A DNA stretch of 64,000 nucleotides from a virus. Of this stretch, positions 19,172 to 29,800 are shown piece by piece. The notes below the pieces were generated by a model. That model did no database searches. It saw only the letters and a list, made by a program, of their open reading frames with translations, and was not told the DNA's origin. A program made the position numbers and the translations under genes. The stretch lies in the IMG/VR virus record IMGVR_UViG_3300042505_000794, positions 1 through 64,000 of that record. One strand, given 5' to 3'. Every line of letters begins with the position of its first letter. The stretch's first letter is position 1.

Positions 19172-19360
19172 ATGTTAGAAGTTGTAGGTTTAAGTTGGGC
19201 ATTAATTATTTCGTATCCAACTATGGTATCACCACCAACGGTTGTTTATGTAGAGAGCGAAGCAGTATGTAAAAAAAATAGTGAGCATATCACTAAAAAT
19301 ATTATTCATTCAGTTGTCACCTGTATTCCTATTCGCGCAGATGTACCAGGTAAAAAATGA
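19172..19360 (+). CDS. Small hypothetical protein
   Basis: 62 aa, GAGGA RBS, hydrophobic N-terminus, two Cys. Confidence 0.5.
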   Translation: MLEVVGLSWALIISYPTMVSPPTVVYVESEAVCKKNSEHITKNIIHSVVTCIPIRADVPGKK

Positions 19361-20280
19361 AAATTGTAGCTGAAACAGAATTTGGTAGTCATCTATATGG
19401 ATTACAAACGCCAGCATCTGATCATGACTATAAAGGTATAATTCTACCTACTAAACAAGAAATTTTATTAGGTAGATCAAAATATCATTCATCGTCTACC
19501 ACCGGTAATACTACAACAAAAAATACCTGCGATGATGTAGATAAAACTTATTACACTCTATCATACTTCATTGAGTTAGCTTGTAAAGGTGATACAACTG
19601 CAATGGATATGTTGCACGCACCGATGGATAAAGTAATAGTTAATTCTAATATTTGGAAATTTTTGCAAGATAACCGAACAAAGTTTTATACAAAGAATAT
19701 GAAAGCTTATGTAGGTTATTGTCGTAAACAAGCTGCTAAGTATGGGATTAAAGGTTCACGTTTAGGTGAGTTAGAGCGCGTTATTAACAAGTTAAATGAG
19801 TATCCAATCAACCGTGGTATAGGTGATATCGTTATTGAAGAAAGTGATGTTGTACGTTGGATCGTTTATAAAGGTAATAGGTACCTCGAAGTATGCGGTA
19901 GCAAGTTTCAAGATAACCTAAAACTATCATACGCTAAGGAAACGTTAGAACAAATCTTTAGTCAATACGGTGAGCGTACAAGATTAGCAAAAATCAACCA
20001 GTCTATTGATTGGAAAGCTTTAAGTCATGCATTTAGAGTTGGATATCAAACGTTGCATATCTTAGAAGATGGTGGGTTTGAATACCCATTAAAAGAATCA
20101 CCTTATTTGATGCAAATTAAAAAAGGTGAATTACATTTCTTAGATGTAGAGTTAGAACTAACTGAACTGGTTAATAAAGTTAACGAGTTAACTAAAACAT
20201 CTAACTTACCTGATGATGTCGATAGAGTATTTTGGGATGAGTATATAGCTAAGATACATCTCGATACCGTTAACTATTGA
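19357..20280 (+). CDS. Nucleotidyltransferase (Pol-beta superfamily, T4 NrdC.11-like)
   Basis: FGSHLYG...SDHDYKG, GYCRKQAAKYGIKGSRL, DWKALSHAFRV. Confidence 0.8.
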   Translation: MKIVAETEFGSHLYGLQTPASDHDYKGIILPTKQEILLGRSKYHSSSTTGNTTTKNTCDDVDKTYYTLSYFIELACKGDTTAMDMLHAPMDKVIVNSNIWKFLQDNRTKFYTKNMKAYVGYCRKQAAKYGIKGSRLGELERVINKLNEYPINRGIGDIVIEESDVVRWIVYKGNRYLEVCGSKFQDNLKLSYAKETLEQIFSQYGERTRLAKINQSIDWKALSHAFRVGYQTLHILEDGGFEYPLKESPYLMQIKKGELHFLDVELELTELVNKVNELTKTSNLPDDVDRVFWDEYIAKIHLDTVNY

Positions 20281-20293
20281 TTATCATCAAATA

Positions 20294-20323
20294 AAGAAGC
20301 CCTCGAAAGAGGGTTTTTCTTTG
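20294..20323 (+). terminator. Intrinsic terminator
   Basis: AGCCCTC-GAAA-GAGGGTT followed by a T-run. Confidence 0.85.
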
Positions 20324-20375
20324 TCTCTTTGTTCCATTAACCGATAAATACTTTTAAAACAAAGGTGTTACCACA

Positions 20376-20651
20376 ATGGAATATATCAAACTAATTGACG
20401 CTGTTGGCTTTCCAATCGCCGCTGCTTTAGCAGCTGGTTTCTTTGTGTTTATGTCAGTAAAATTTATACTATCAAACGTATCTGAAAGTGTCGATATGAT
20501 TATCAGTATTCTAGAAGGTCTTGATAAACGTATTGATTACATGACAAACGATGTTAAGAGAATTGATATTAAAACGAGTTTAGAGTTAGGTGTTCGACCT
20601 GATTATAATCTTATTGTCCGTTCTAAACCTGAAGATATACGGAAGGATTAA
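20376..20651 (+). CDS. Small single-TM protein with coiled coil (holin/YvrJ-like), paralog 1
   Basis: VGFPIAAALAAGFFVFM transmembrane segment; TAAATA at 20345. Confidence 0.55.
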   Translation: MEYIKLIDAVGFPIAAALAAGFFVFMSVKFILSNVSESVDMIISILEGLDKRIDYMTNDVKRIDIKTSLELGVRPDYNLIVRSKPEDIRKD

Positions 20652-20941
20652 TGGACTATGATATTGATAAAATCGCTGAATTAGTCGCTAAGCACGGCTT
20701 TCCTATTGTATCTGCTATAGGTATGGCATGGTTTGTATATTATGTATGGGTATGGGCTACAACCGACATCAAACCGAAACTAACACAAACCCATACATCT
20801 GTAATTGATTTGCTAGATAGAATTCGAAAATTAGATTTGGACATTTGCAGATTACACGAAAAAGTCGACGTTGCTATACAGTTTAGACACAAATATGAAC
20901 CGCGTCAACCTGACAATCAAGATTCAGAAAAATCAAACTAA
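20651..20941 (+). CDS. Small single-TM protein with coiled coil (holin/YvrJ-like), paralog 2
   Basis: HGFPIVSAIGMAWFVYYVW transmembrane segment; TAATG coupling with paralog 1. Confidence 0.55.
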   Translation: MDYDIDKIAELVAKHGFPIVSAIGMAWFVYYVWVWATTDIKPKLTQTHTSVIDLLDRIRKLDLDICRLHEKVDVAIQFRHKYEPRQPDNQDSEKSN

Positions 20942-21051
20942 CCATAAAAGTGCATTATAAATAACCATTTTCGATACGGTTATCTAAATACACGTATATG
21001 TTTACCACTAAATAAACAAATACATATAAATTTCAAACCCGGGAGTTTTAA

Positions 21052-21969
21052 ATGAACGAAATTTTAAAAAAATTACTTGAATCAGAAATTTTATCTGATG
21101 AAAGTAAACTGGAGCTAACGGAAGCATTTGACGCTCATATTGCTGAAGTTGTAGAAGAAGCGAAAGCGAATGCAATCGCTGACACTAAAGTTGAATTGCA
21201 TGAGCAATTTGCTCAACAAAAAGAACAATTAATTGAAGCTGTTGATAAAACAATTAATGAATTCATTATTGCTGAATTCGCTACATTAAAAGATGACATT
21301 AAAGCTTTCCGTGATTTAGAAGCAGAAAAAGCAATCGAATTAGCAAAAGAAAAACAACAATTAGGCAAAACTTTAAAAGAAGATATGTCAAAATTGGTTG
21401 CTAAACTTGACTCATTCTTAGAAGAACGCTTTGTAGCTGAATTCAAAGAAATGCGTGAAGATTTAATGGAAGCTAAAAAAGCTGACGTTGGTAGACGTAT
21501 GGTTGAAGCTTTTGCTCATGAATATCGTAAATATTGCGTTAATCCAAATGAGATTGAACGTGAATTGAACGAAGCAAAAATTAAACTCAATACATTATCT
21601 AAAAAATACAAAAACGTTAAAAAACAAAAAGAAGATTTGTATCGCAAAGTACGCGTTGAATCTGTTTTATCACCTTTGAGTGGTTCAAAACGCGATTTAA
21701 TGGATAGTATTTTATCTTCTGTTGCTACAGAAAAATTAGAAGAAGCATACAAATTGTATTTGCCACGTGTTTTGAAAGAAGGTTCTGATGTAGTTGTTGA
21801 ACCAAGCAAAGCAATCAATGAAGCTATTGAAGAAATCAATGCTAAATTAAAAGATGTTAATAATACACACATCGTAACTGGTGATACAAGTGCGCCACGT
21901 ATCGATGAAAGTGCTGAACAAACAAAATCGGTTATCAGTGATATGACACGCTTAGCTGGTATTCGATAA
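21052..21969 (+). CDS. Prohead scaffolding protein, T4 gp22-like
   Basis: Acidic coiled coil directly before the MCP gene; several TAAATA sites upstream (20956, 20985, 21009). Confidence 0.8.
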   Translation: MNEILKKLLESEILSDESKLELTEAFDAHIAEVVEEAKANAIADTKVELHEQFAQQKEQLIEAVDKTINEFIIAEFATLKDDIKAFRDLEAEKAIELAKEKQQLGKTLKEDMSKLVAKLDSFLEERFVAEFKEMREDLMEAKKADVGRRMVEAFAHEYRKYCVNPNEIERELNEAKIKLNTLSKKYKNVKKQKEDLYRKVRVESVLSPLSGSKRDLMDSILSSVATEKLEEAYKLYLPRVLKEGSDVVVEPSKAINEAIEEINAKLKDVNNTHIVTGDTSAPRIDESAEQTKSVISDMTRLAGIR

Positions 21970-21987
21970 ACCGCTTTAGTATTTTCT

Positions 21988-21995
21988 TATAAATA
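21988..21995 (+). promoter_or_regulatory. Late promoter for the major capsid gene
   Basis: Exact T4 late consensus TATAAATA, followed by GGAG RBS. Confidence 0.75.
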
Positions 21996-22027
21996 CAAAT
22001 AATTACAAAATTTAACGGAGTTATATA

Positions 22028-23479
22028 ATGAAAGAATTAGTTGAAAATTGGGGCGAGGTTAAGTCGGCGCTTTTGCACGGTTTGAGTGCACAAAAACAAG
22101 CGATCGTTGCACCTTTATTGGAAAACCAAAAAGCACAAATGTTATCTGAAACCGCATCTGCTGGTTCTGTAGATACATCTGCAATCGCTGGTTTCCGTAA
22201 AATCATGTTACCAATGATCCGCCGTGTTATTCCAAACTCAATCGGTACAGAATTAGTTGGTGTTCAACCAATGACTGGTCCAGTTGGTCTTATCTATTCA
22301 ATGCGTTATACATATAACGAAGCTGTAACTGCACAAGCAGCTGCATCTACAGCATTGACATTTGATGCTGTTACCGGTAAATATGTTTCTGGTGGTATGG
22401 ATGGTGGTGTTGCAAACATCAATCCTGTTACTGACCCTGAAGCATTTGGTAACTACAACATGATTCGTAGATTCTATTCAGGTGCTACATCAACAGGTGC
22501 TCAAGCTGCTGGTGCATCTGGTTTTGCTCAAGGTACTATTGCTAATATTACTGGCGATGCTACTGGCGCTGGTTGGGGCTCTGCATTAGACGCTTCTACA
22601 GTTGCTTTAAACGGTGCGGGCGGTTCATTATACGGTGGTGGCGGTTCATTCTTAGAAGGTTCAGGTGGCCGTAAAATGGGTTTGCAAGTTGTTTCACAAG
22701 CAGTTGAAGCAAAATCACGTAAATTGCAAGCTAGCTGGACTGTTGAAGCTATGCAAGATCTTCAAAACCAACACGGTTTAGATATCGAAAATGAATTGAC
22801 ATCTGTATTGTCACAAGAAATTACACAAGAAATTGACAACGAAATCATCACTGATTTGTTATCACTTGCTGGTACAGTTTCAACATTTGACGGTTCAGTT
22901 CCTGCTGCAGCTGGTTATTACAAACCAACTTTCGTTGGTGATCGTTTAGCTAACTTAGGTGTTCAAATCAACTTCGTAGCTAACGAGATTGCACGTAAAA
23001 CACGTAAAGGTGCTGGTAACTTCATCGTTGTTTCACCAATGATCGTATCAGTATTACAAACAGCTGCTAAATCAGTATTTGCTCCTGCTGTTGAAGGTTC
23101 TTTCCAAGGTCCTAACAACACTAAATTAGTAGGTACTTTGAACGGTTCTATCAAAGTTTACTCATACTTGTACAATTCTGCATTACCAACAGATATCTAT
23201 AACACTACCAACACACCAACACAAGGTTTTGGTACAGGTAATGACTTGATCTTAGTTGGTTATAAAGGTGGTAATGGCGAAACCGATACTGGTTACTTCT
23301 ACTGCCCATACATTCCATTGATGTCTTCTGGTACAATTATGAACCCTGTTACTACACAACCAGTTATCTCATTGATGACTCGTTATGGTAAAGGTATCTT
23401 AAATGACAGAACTACATCGTTAGGCAACTCAGCTGATTACTACGGTAAAATTGCTGTTAAAAGCTTAAGCTTGCTATAA
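22028..23479 (+). CDS. Major capsid protein, T4 gp23-like
   Basis: LLENQ, GVQPMTGPVGLI, VEAKSRKLQASWTVEAMQDL, EIDNEII, GYFYCPYIPL, MTRYG; strongly biased codons. Confidence 0.97.
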   Translation: MKELVENWGEVKSALLHGLSAQKQAIVAPLLENQKAQMLSETASAGSVDTSAIAGFRKIMLPMIRRVIPNSIGTELVGVQPMTGPVGLIYSMRYTYNEAVTAQAAASTALTFDAVTGKYVSGGMDGGVANINPVTDPEAFGNYNMIRRFYSGATSTGAQAAGASGFAQGTIANITGDATGAGWGSALDASTVALNGAGGSLYGGGGSFLEGSGGRKMGLQVVSQAVEAKSRKLQASWTVEAMQDLQNQHGLDIENELTSVLSQEITQEIDNEIITDLLSLAGTVSTFDGSVPAAAGYYKPTFVGDRLANLGVQINFVANEIARKTRKGAGNFIVVSPMIVSVLQTAAKSVFAPAVEGSFQGPNNTKLVGTLNGSIKVYSYLYNSALPTDIYNTTNTPTQGFGTGNDLILVGYKGGNGETDTGYFYCPYIPLMSSGTIMNPVTTQPVISLMTRYGKGILNDRTTSLGNSADYYGKIAVKSLSLL

Positions 23480-23496
23480 TCGTTAGATTTAGCAAT

Positions 23497-23527
23497 AAAG
23501 ACCCTAGCTTAGGCTAGGGTTTTTTTT
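23497..23527 (+). terminator. Intrinsic terminator after MCP
   Basis: ACCCTAGC-TTAG-GCTAGGGT plus T-run. Confidence 0.88.
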
Positions 23528-23597
23528 GTTCAATTGAATCTCAAAAATCTATATTCAAATAAATATATAAAATAACAAATTTGAATAGGATACTTTA

Positions 23598-24332
23598 ATG
23601 AAAAAAGCTTTATCAGTTGCTATCAACAAATATGTAGGTGCACCATTGCGTGGGTGTATTAACGATAGTAACCATATTAAATCATGGCTTGAAACAAAGG
23701 AATATGAAGTTGTAACTCTTCACGATGATCAAGCAATTAAACAAAATATAATTAACAACCTAACAGAAATTTTAGGTACATTAACACCGGACGACCAATT
23801 TATATTCCATTATTCCGGTCATGGGTCTCAAATACCGACCAATGACGTTAATGAAGAAGATCATTTAACTGAAATATTATGTCCATTTGATCTTATCGAT
23901 GCTACCGGTAATTGGACATCAAATTATATTACTGATGATGAACTTGCTTCAATTTTTTCTAAAGCATCCTGCAAAATAGAATGTTTTATGGATTGCTGTC
24001 ACTCAGGTTCATCTACTAGAGAGTTTAGACCGAATATTGCATCCAGATATATTCAATCTCCTATTGAAAAAGAATTAACGATTACGAAATTTGAGCTAGG
24101 TCCAAAAAGTTCTGTAATTTGTTGGTCAGGATGTAAAGATGATCAAACATCTGCTGATGCATATATCAATGAAAAATACCAAGGTGCATTCACCGCAGCA
24201 TTACTTCAAACATCTGGTTCACGCGACCAAAGAAAATACAACATTGTTGAATATATGAGAACAAATGGATTTACCCAAATTCCTCAATTATATTGCCCTG
24301 GTGAATTTTTAGCTAAAGATATTTTTATCTAA
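23598..24332 (+). CDS. Caspase-family (peptidase C14) cysteine protease
   Basis: LRGCIND, HYSGHG (catalytic His), DCCHSG (catalytic Cys), SGCKDDQTSADA, GAFT, QIPQL. Confidence 0.92.
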   Translation: MKKALSVAINKYVGAPLRGCINDSNHIKSWLETKEYEVVTLHDDQAIKQNIINNLTEILGTLTPDDQFIFHYSGHGSQIPTNDVNEEDHLTEILCPFDLIDATGNWTSNYITDDELASIFSKASCKIECFMDCCHSGSSTREFRPNIASRYIQSPIEKELTITKFELGPKSSVICWSGCKDDQTSADAYINEKYQGAFTAALLQTSGSRDQRKYNIVEYMRTNGFTQIPQLYCPGEFLAKDIFI

Positions 24333-24391
24333 AGTGTTAATCAATGTCCATAGATAAATACTTTATTTGCAATTAGTTTAGGAGTGTTACT

Positions 24392-26671
24392 ATGTTGCCA
24401 CAGGGTAACGATAATCAAACAGTAATAGAGGTGGATGCAAGTGTGCAACCACATAAACACTATGCAAGCGATATTATTAACATACAATCAAGACTTGATG
24501 GTGTACTCAGCCAAATCAAAGGTCGAGTTCCAACTGAAGGTGATACATTAGAAAAACTGTACAATTTATTAATATCTAGTACTGTTGAAATTATTGTACC
24601 TAATATTGAAGCTAGAGACGCATTAGATATTCAAAATACGTTTACAAATGTATTTGTATTAGGTGATGATAGCTGGGAATTATATAAAGCAACTTCAATT
24701 GGGACTAACGCGTCGTTTGTTAAATTATCTGATTCAACAATCATTAATAATATTATAGGTGCCGATGTTTTAACCAAAAATATGTTACCTACAGGTAATA
24801 TATCAAATAGCGATCAATTAGTTCTTGGAAACGATTCAAGGTTAATGGATAGTAGATACCCTCTACCTCATAAACATAATATATCAAGTTTAACAGGGGT
24901 TGATTCATTAATTGATACTAAAATTAATAGCAAATTATCTAATGTTAATGTAGGTGTATTATCGATTAATTCAAAAACTGGTGATGTAGATATACAAAAA
25001 ACAGATGTCGGGTTAGGTAATGTCGATAATACTGCTGATATTAACAAGCCGCTGAGTACTGCTCAAATAGCTGAATTAAATAGAAAAATTGACGTAAAAT
25101 ATTTTCCAAAATTTACGACAGCATCTGAAACCGAACTTGTACTAGGTAGTGATCCGAGATTATCAGATAGTCGATATCCTAAACAACATACACATGTGCT
25201 GCAGGATATCAATAACTTTAGTTCAAGCTTACAGAACATTTTAGTGAATTTGTTTGACGTAACTGATATTACCGTTAACTCTATTAATGGTCGCAAGGGT
25301 GCTGTATCGTTAACTGCTACAGATGTAGGTTTAAAATATGTAGATAATACTCCTGATATTGATAAACCTATAAGTAGACCACAACAAGCTGAATTAAATT
25401 TAAAAATTAATAAGAGTCTATTACCAGTAGCAAACATAGCTGAATATGATCAGTTAGTAATGGGTAGTGATCCACGTCTTAACAATGCAAGACACCCACT
25501 ACCACATACAACCGACTCTATTACAGATTTTAATGAATCAGTTACAGCGTTATCAAAATCTGTATTCGGTGCATTAGTTAATTTAGATGAATTGAAAGTT
25601 GCAGATATTCCTTCGCTAGTACCAGGTACATATTCAAAAATAACTATCAATTCAAAAGGTCAAGTTACCGAAGGTATTAACACTTCTAGTATACGTGATT
25701 TAGGAATTGAAGATGTATACACTAAACCAGAATTAGATTTAAAATTATCTAGGTTCGACATTGATAATCCAACTACACCAGGTAGTTTTGTAACTGTCAA
25801 CGAGTTTGGTAAAATACCTGATGTTGTTTTACCTGACGCAATACAAACATTTACACACACTGGATATTTCCCTCATATTGGAAGTAAGAATGCACTATAC
25901 GTTGATGAGTCACATAACACTCTGTACGCATTCACCGGTACCGAATATGTTCCTGTTTCTACTCAACAAGAAACAAATTCTATAGACTTACCTAAATTTG
26001 CTAGCGTTGCTACATCTGGAGATTACAATGATTTATCTAATATTCCAAATTTAGCTAAAGTAGCTAGTACTGCAAACTATTACGATTTGAATGATATTCC
26101 TGCGTTATCAAAAGTAGCATCATCAGGTGATTATCGTGACCTAACTCATCGTCCAACATTTGCAAAAATTACTACGACCGGGTCATATAATGATTTAAAT
26201 GATCGTCCTACGTTTCAGGATGTAGCTCTATCGGGTTCATATTTAGATTTACACAATAGACCTGATTTTACAACTGTAGCTTACACTGGAAACTATAACG
26301 ATTTAACAGAGATACCTGATTTAAATCAATTCATTACAAAAACCGATAGTGTATTTACACAAACAAAAACATTAAATTTTGTAGGGTACCTTAAACCTGT
26401 TACAGGTAGTTCAAGATGGTACCCTGAACGCAATATCACATTACTGTACGCATATTTGACGGTATCTGAACCATCATCAAACAATATACTATGTGATTTG
26501 AATATGAATTCTAGTTCAATATCTAATATTACAATGGTCGTACCTCAGAACAAATTTAAAAGTATTAGATATGATTTTAATGTTAATGTATCAGAAGATG
26601 ATTACTTAACATTAGATATTATTCAAGCTGTTGACGGTCGCAATTTAGCATTAACTATTGTTTATAGGTAA
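24392..26671 (+). CDS. Fibre protein
   Basis: VGLGNVDNTADINKP and LVLGNDSRL.D.R.P..H.H modules; six 18-aa A.VA.SG.Y.DL...P repeats; TAAATA at 24355. Confidence 0.75.
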   Translation: MLPQGNDNQTVIEVDASVQPHKHYASDIINIQSRLDGVLSQIKGRVPTEGDTLEKLYNLLISSTVEIIVPNIEARDALDIQNTFTNVFVLGDDSWELYKATSIGTNASFVKLSDSTIINNIIGADVLTKNMLPTGNISNSDQLVLGNDSRLMDSRYPLPHKHNISSLTGVDSLIDTKINSKLSNVNVGVLSINSKTGDVDIQKTDVGLGNVDNTADINKPLSTAQIAELNRKIDVKYFPKFTTASETELVLGSDPRLSDSRYPKQHTHVLQDINNFSSSLQNILVNLFDVTDITVNSINGRKGAVSLTATDVGLKYVDNTPDIDKPISRPQQAELNLKINKSLLPVANIAEYDQLVMGSDPRLNNARHPLPHTTDSITDFNESVTALSKSVFGALVNLDELKVADIPSLVPGTYSKITINSKGQVTEGINTSSIRDLGIEDVYTKPELDLKLSRFDIDNPTTPGSFVTVNEFGKIPDVVLPDAIQTFTHTGYFPHIGSKNALYVDESHNTLYAFTGTEYVPVSTQQETNSIDLPKFASVATSGDYNDLSNIPNLAKVASTANYYDLNDIPALSKVASSGDYRDLTHRPTFAKITTTGSYNDLNDRPTFQDVALSGSYLDLHNRPDFTTVAYTGNYNDLTEIPDLNQFITKTDSVFTQTKTLNFVGYLKPVTGSSRWYPERNITLLYAYLTVSEPSSNNILCDLNMNSSSISNITMVVPQNKFKSIRYDFNVNVSEDDYLTLDIIQAVDGRNLALTIVYR

Positions 26672-26679
26672 ACTAATAT

Positions 26680-26754
26680 ATGGAAGATATTGTTGAGTTT
26701 TGGGGAGATGTCGGTGATTCAGATTCCCAAGATATAATTGAATATTGGGATTAA
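26680..26754 (+). CDS. Candidate 24-aa acidic micropeptide
   Basis: MEDIVEFWGDVGDSDSQDIIEYWD*; lies between the fibre gene stop and a hairpin. Confidence 0.4.
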   Translation: MEDIVEFWGDVGDSDSQDIIEYWD

Positions 26755-26766
26755 ACACTTCATACA

Positions 26767-26793
26767 GAAAGGCTGATATTTTATCAGCCTTTC
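26767..26793 (+). terminator. Hairpin, probable terminator
   Basis: GAAAGGCTGATA-TTT-TATCAGCCTTTC. Confidence 0.65.
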
Positions 26794-26874
26794 CACTATT
26801 ATTCTAACGATAAATAATATATCCGCGAACAACTACACAGTTGATATTCAATACAAATTCAGGAGTTTTAATAT

Positions 26875-29800
26875 ATGTTGTCAGATGGCGTACGATACCT
26901 CGAAGGATCATCGATTGTAAATCTGGTTTTACCAAATTTTGAAGCAGATGATAAAGTAAATATTCAATCTCCTGATCCAGGCGAAATTATTTACCAAACC
27001 ACCGGTACTAAGGGTGTATATTATTACACTGGTTCATCGTGGGTAAGATTACGAGCTTCATCTGACGGTCAAACAATTGCGATTTCTGATTTACCAGCAT
27101 TCACAGGCGATGTTGAGTCTTTACCAGGAACAAACGTACTCACACTGAATAATATTACAACTGCTGGTAGCTATACGAAAGTTTCCGTAGATGCAAAGGG
27201 ACGAGTTATTTCAGGTACATCTCCAACAATACTTAGTGAATTGGGTATTACTGACGTATACACTAAATCATATATTGACAGTTTACAAACTGTTAAATCG
27301 ATAAACGGTAAATCTGGGATAATTCTTAAATTAGATGTAACAGATATTAACGGTTTAGCATCTAGTGCTACAATAGATACCACGAACGCGAGTAACATCA
27401 CATCCGGTACACTACAACGAGCACGACTACCGTTATATACCGGTGATGTCATTAGCTCAGCGCTTACATCAGATTTAATTTTAAAATCTGTTGTATCGGC
27501 AGGTACATACAATAAAGTTCAAGTTAACACTAAAGGTTTAGTTGTCAGTGGTACACAAGAATCTACGTTAGCAGGTCTAGGTATCACAGACGCCGTTGGC
27601 GCGAGTATGCTACCTCGAGGTAATGCAACACCAGCTCAATTGGTTCTGGGTAACGATACACGTTTAACAGACGCGAGAACACCAAAAGAACACACCCATA
27701 CAGTTGATCAAATTGTTTCATTAGATGAAACTATATCTAATGCTATAGATTTAGCGCAATCGACCACAAACTCTCAACTTGCACTTAAAGAAGATAAAAT
27801 CAATAAAGGTGCTGCAGGTGGATATGTTGGTTTGAACGCTGAGCAAAAAATTGATAGTATTTACTTACCTTCATTAACATTGAATAATGTATTCACAGCG
27901 ACAACACTTGAGCAGCGAAATGCCTTAACCGCTAATAAATCTGATATAGCTATCGTAGCCGGTAGCATTAATAAAACATTTATATTGCAACAATTACCTG
28001 CTAGCGATAGTAACAATTGGCTTGAAATGTTAAACCCTACTGGTGGTGTTACATCTGTCAATGCGCAGACAGGTGCAGTTTCAATATCATTAGCGTCATT
28101 ACCAGGTGTATTAAATCTTACATCATTTCCTAATTCTGGAGTTGCAGCTGGGTTATACAATTCTATATCAGTTGATGTAAAGGGTAGAGTTACATCAGGT
28201 ACATTTGCACCGGTATATAATAAAGATGAAATCGATACTAAATTATCATCTAAGTTAGATACTATCACAGCTAACGTTGCAAACGGTTACGCATCTCTTG
28301 ATAATCAGGGAAAACTTAACCCGTCGGTTTTATCTAATATTGCGTTAAACAATAGATACGTGGTACCTTCACTTCAAGCTAGAAATGAGCTAGTAGCAGC
28401 TGTTGGCGATATTGTTATTGTTACAGGCAATATTAATAAAACGTACGTACTTAATGTGTTACCTACAAGCAGTAACACAAACTGGCTAGAACTTTTATCA
28501 TCTACAGGAAGTGTAACATCAGTAAACGGGTATGATGGATCTATTAATTTATCGTTATCTGATATTCCTGGCGTGTTACCTATTAGTTCATTTCCTGTTG
28601 TTAGTGGTGATGTGTTATCTCAAGAAGGTACTGCTGTAATTAGACTGAAAGATATCACGACAGAAGGTACTTATTCTAAAGTAACGGTTAATTCAAAAGG
28701 TCTAGTAGTTAGTGGAGAATTAACAGATGCATCGAGTTTAGATGCTACCAACATAACACAAGGCACGTTAAGTGATGCTAGATTAAGCTCTAATGTGGTT
28801 TTATCAACAGATCAACGACTCATCAATGCAAGAGCTCCATTACCGCATACTACAGACGCTATTACTAATTTTACAGCTGCTGTACAAGGTGTAGTAAATA
28901 CTTCTGTCGCTGATTTAGGAAATATAGTTCATACTGTTAACGGTGAGTACGGTGATGTAAATATTACCAAGACCTCAATTGGTCTTAACCACATTGATAA
29001 CACTGCTGACATAAACAAACCAGTGAGTGCAGCGGTTGCAGCTGAATTAGCATTAAAGGAAACACCAACAAATAAAGGAACTGCCGGCGGTTACGTTGGA
29101 TTAAATTCAAGTACCAAAATTGATAGTATATACTTACCAGCTCTACCTTTATCAAACCGGTTTGTTGTTGAAAGTTTATCAGAGCGTAATGCACTAACGG
29201 TATCAGTAGGAGATATTGTTGTCGTAGCTGACGGTGTTAATAATTCATACATTCTTAACGCACTACCATCGACGTCTGATAGTAACTGGATTCAATTACT
29301 TACACCAGCTAGCGCAGTTACCTCAGTAAATGGGAACGTAGGTGAGATCATATTAGACCATGATAATATTCCCGGTATAGTACCAACTTCAAAACTACCG
29401 GCATTCACAGGTGACGCTATTTCGTCTACTGGGTCTAATATATTGTCGTTAACAACATCCGGAGTATCACCAGGTACATACAATTCTGTAACTGTTGATG
29501 CAAAAGGTCGAGTAACCGCTGGTTCAAATATTAATTCAGGATCATCAAGTTTCGAATCAGGTAACGCTAGCTTATTAAATGTTGGACAGTTACCAGTTGC
29601 AAGGTTACCAGCTTTCACAGGAGATGTTGGAGCGCCAGCTGGTACAGGTCAGCTATATTTGTCAGCTACCGGTGTTGTTGCTGGAACTTATAATTCTGTT
29701 ACAGTTGATGTTAAAGGACGTGTATTATCTGGGACTAACATATCGATCGATGTATCGAATGCGGCAAATTTAACTGTAGGTACCCTAAACAAACAAAGAC

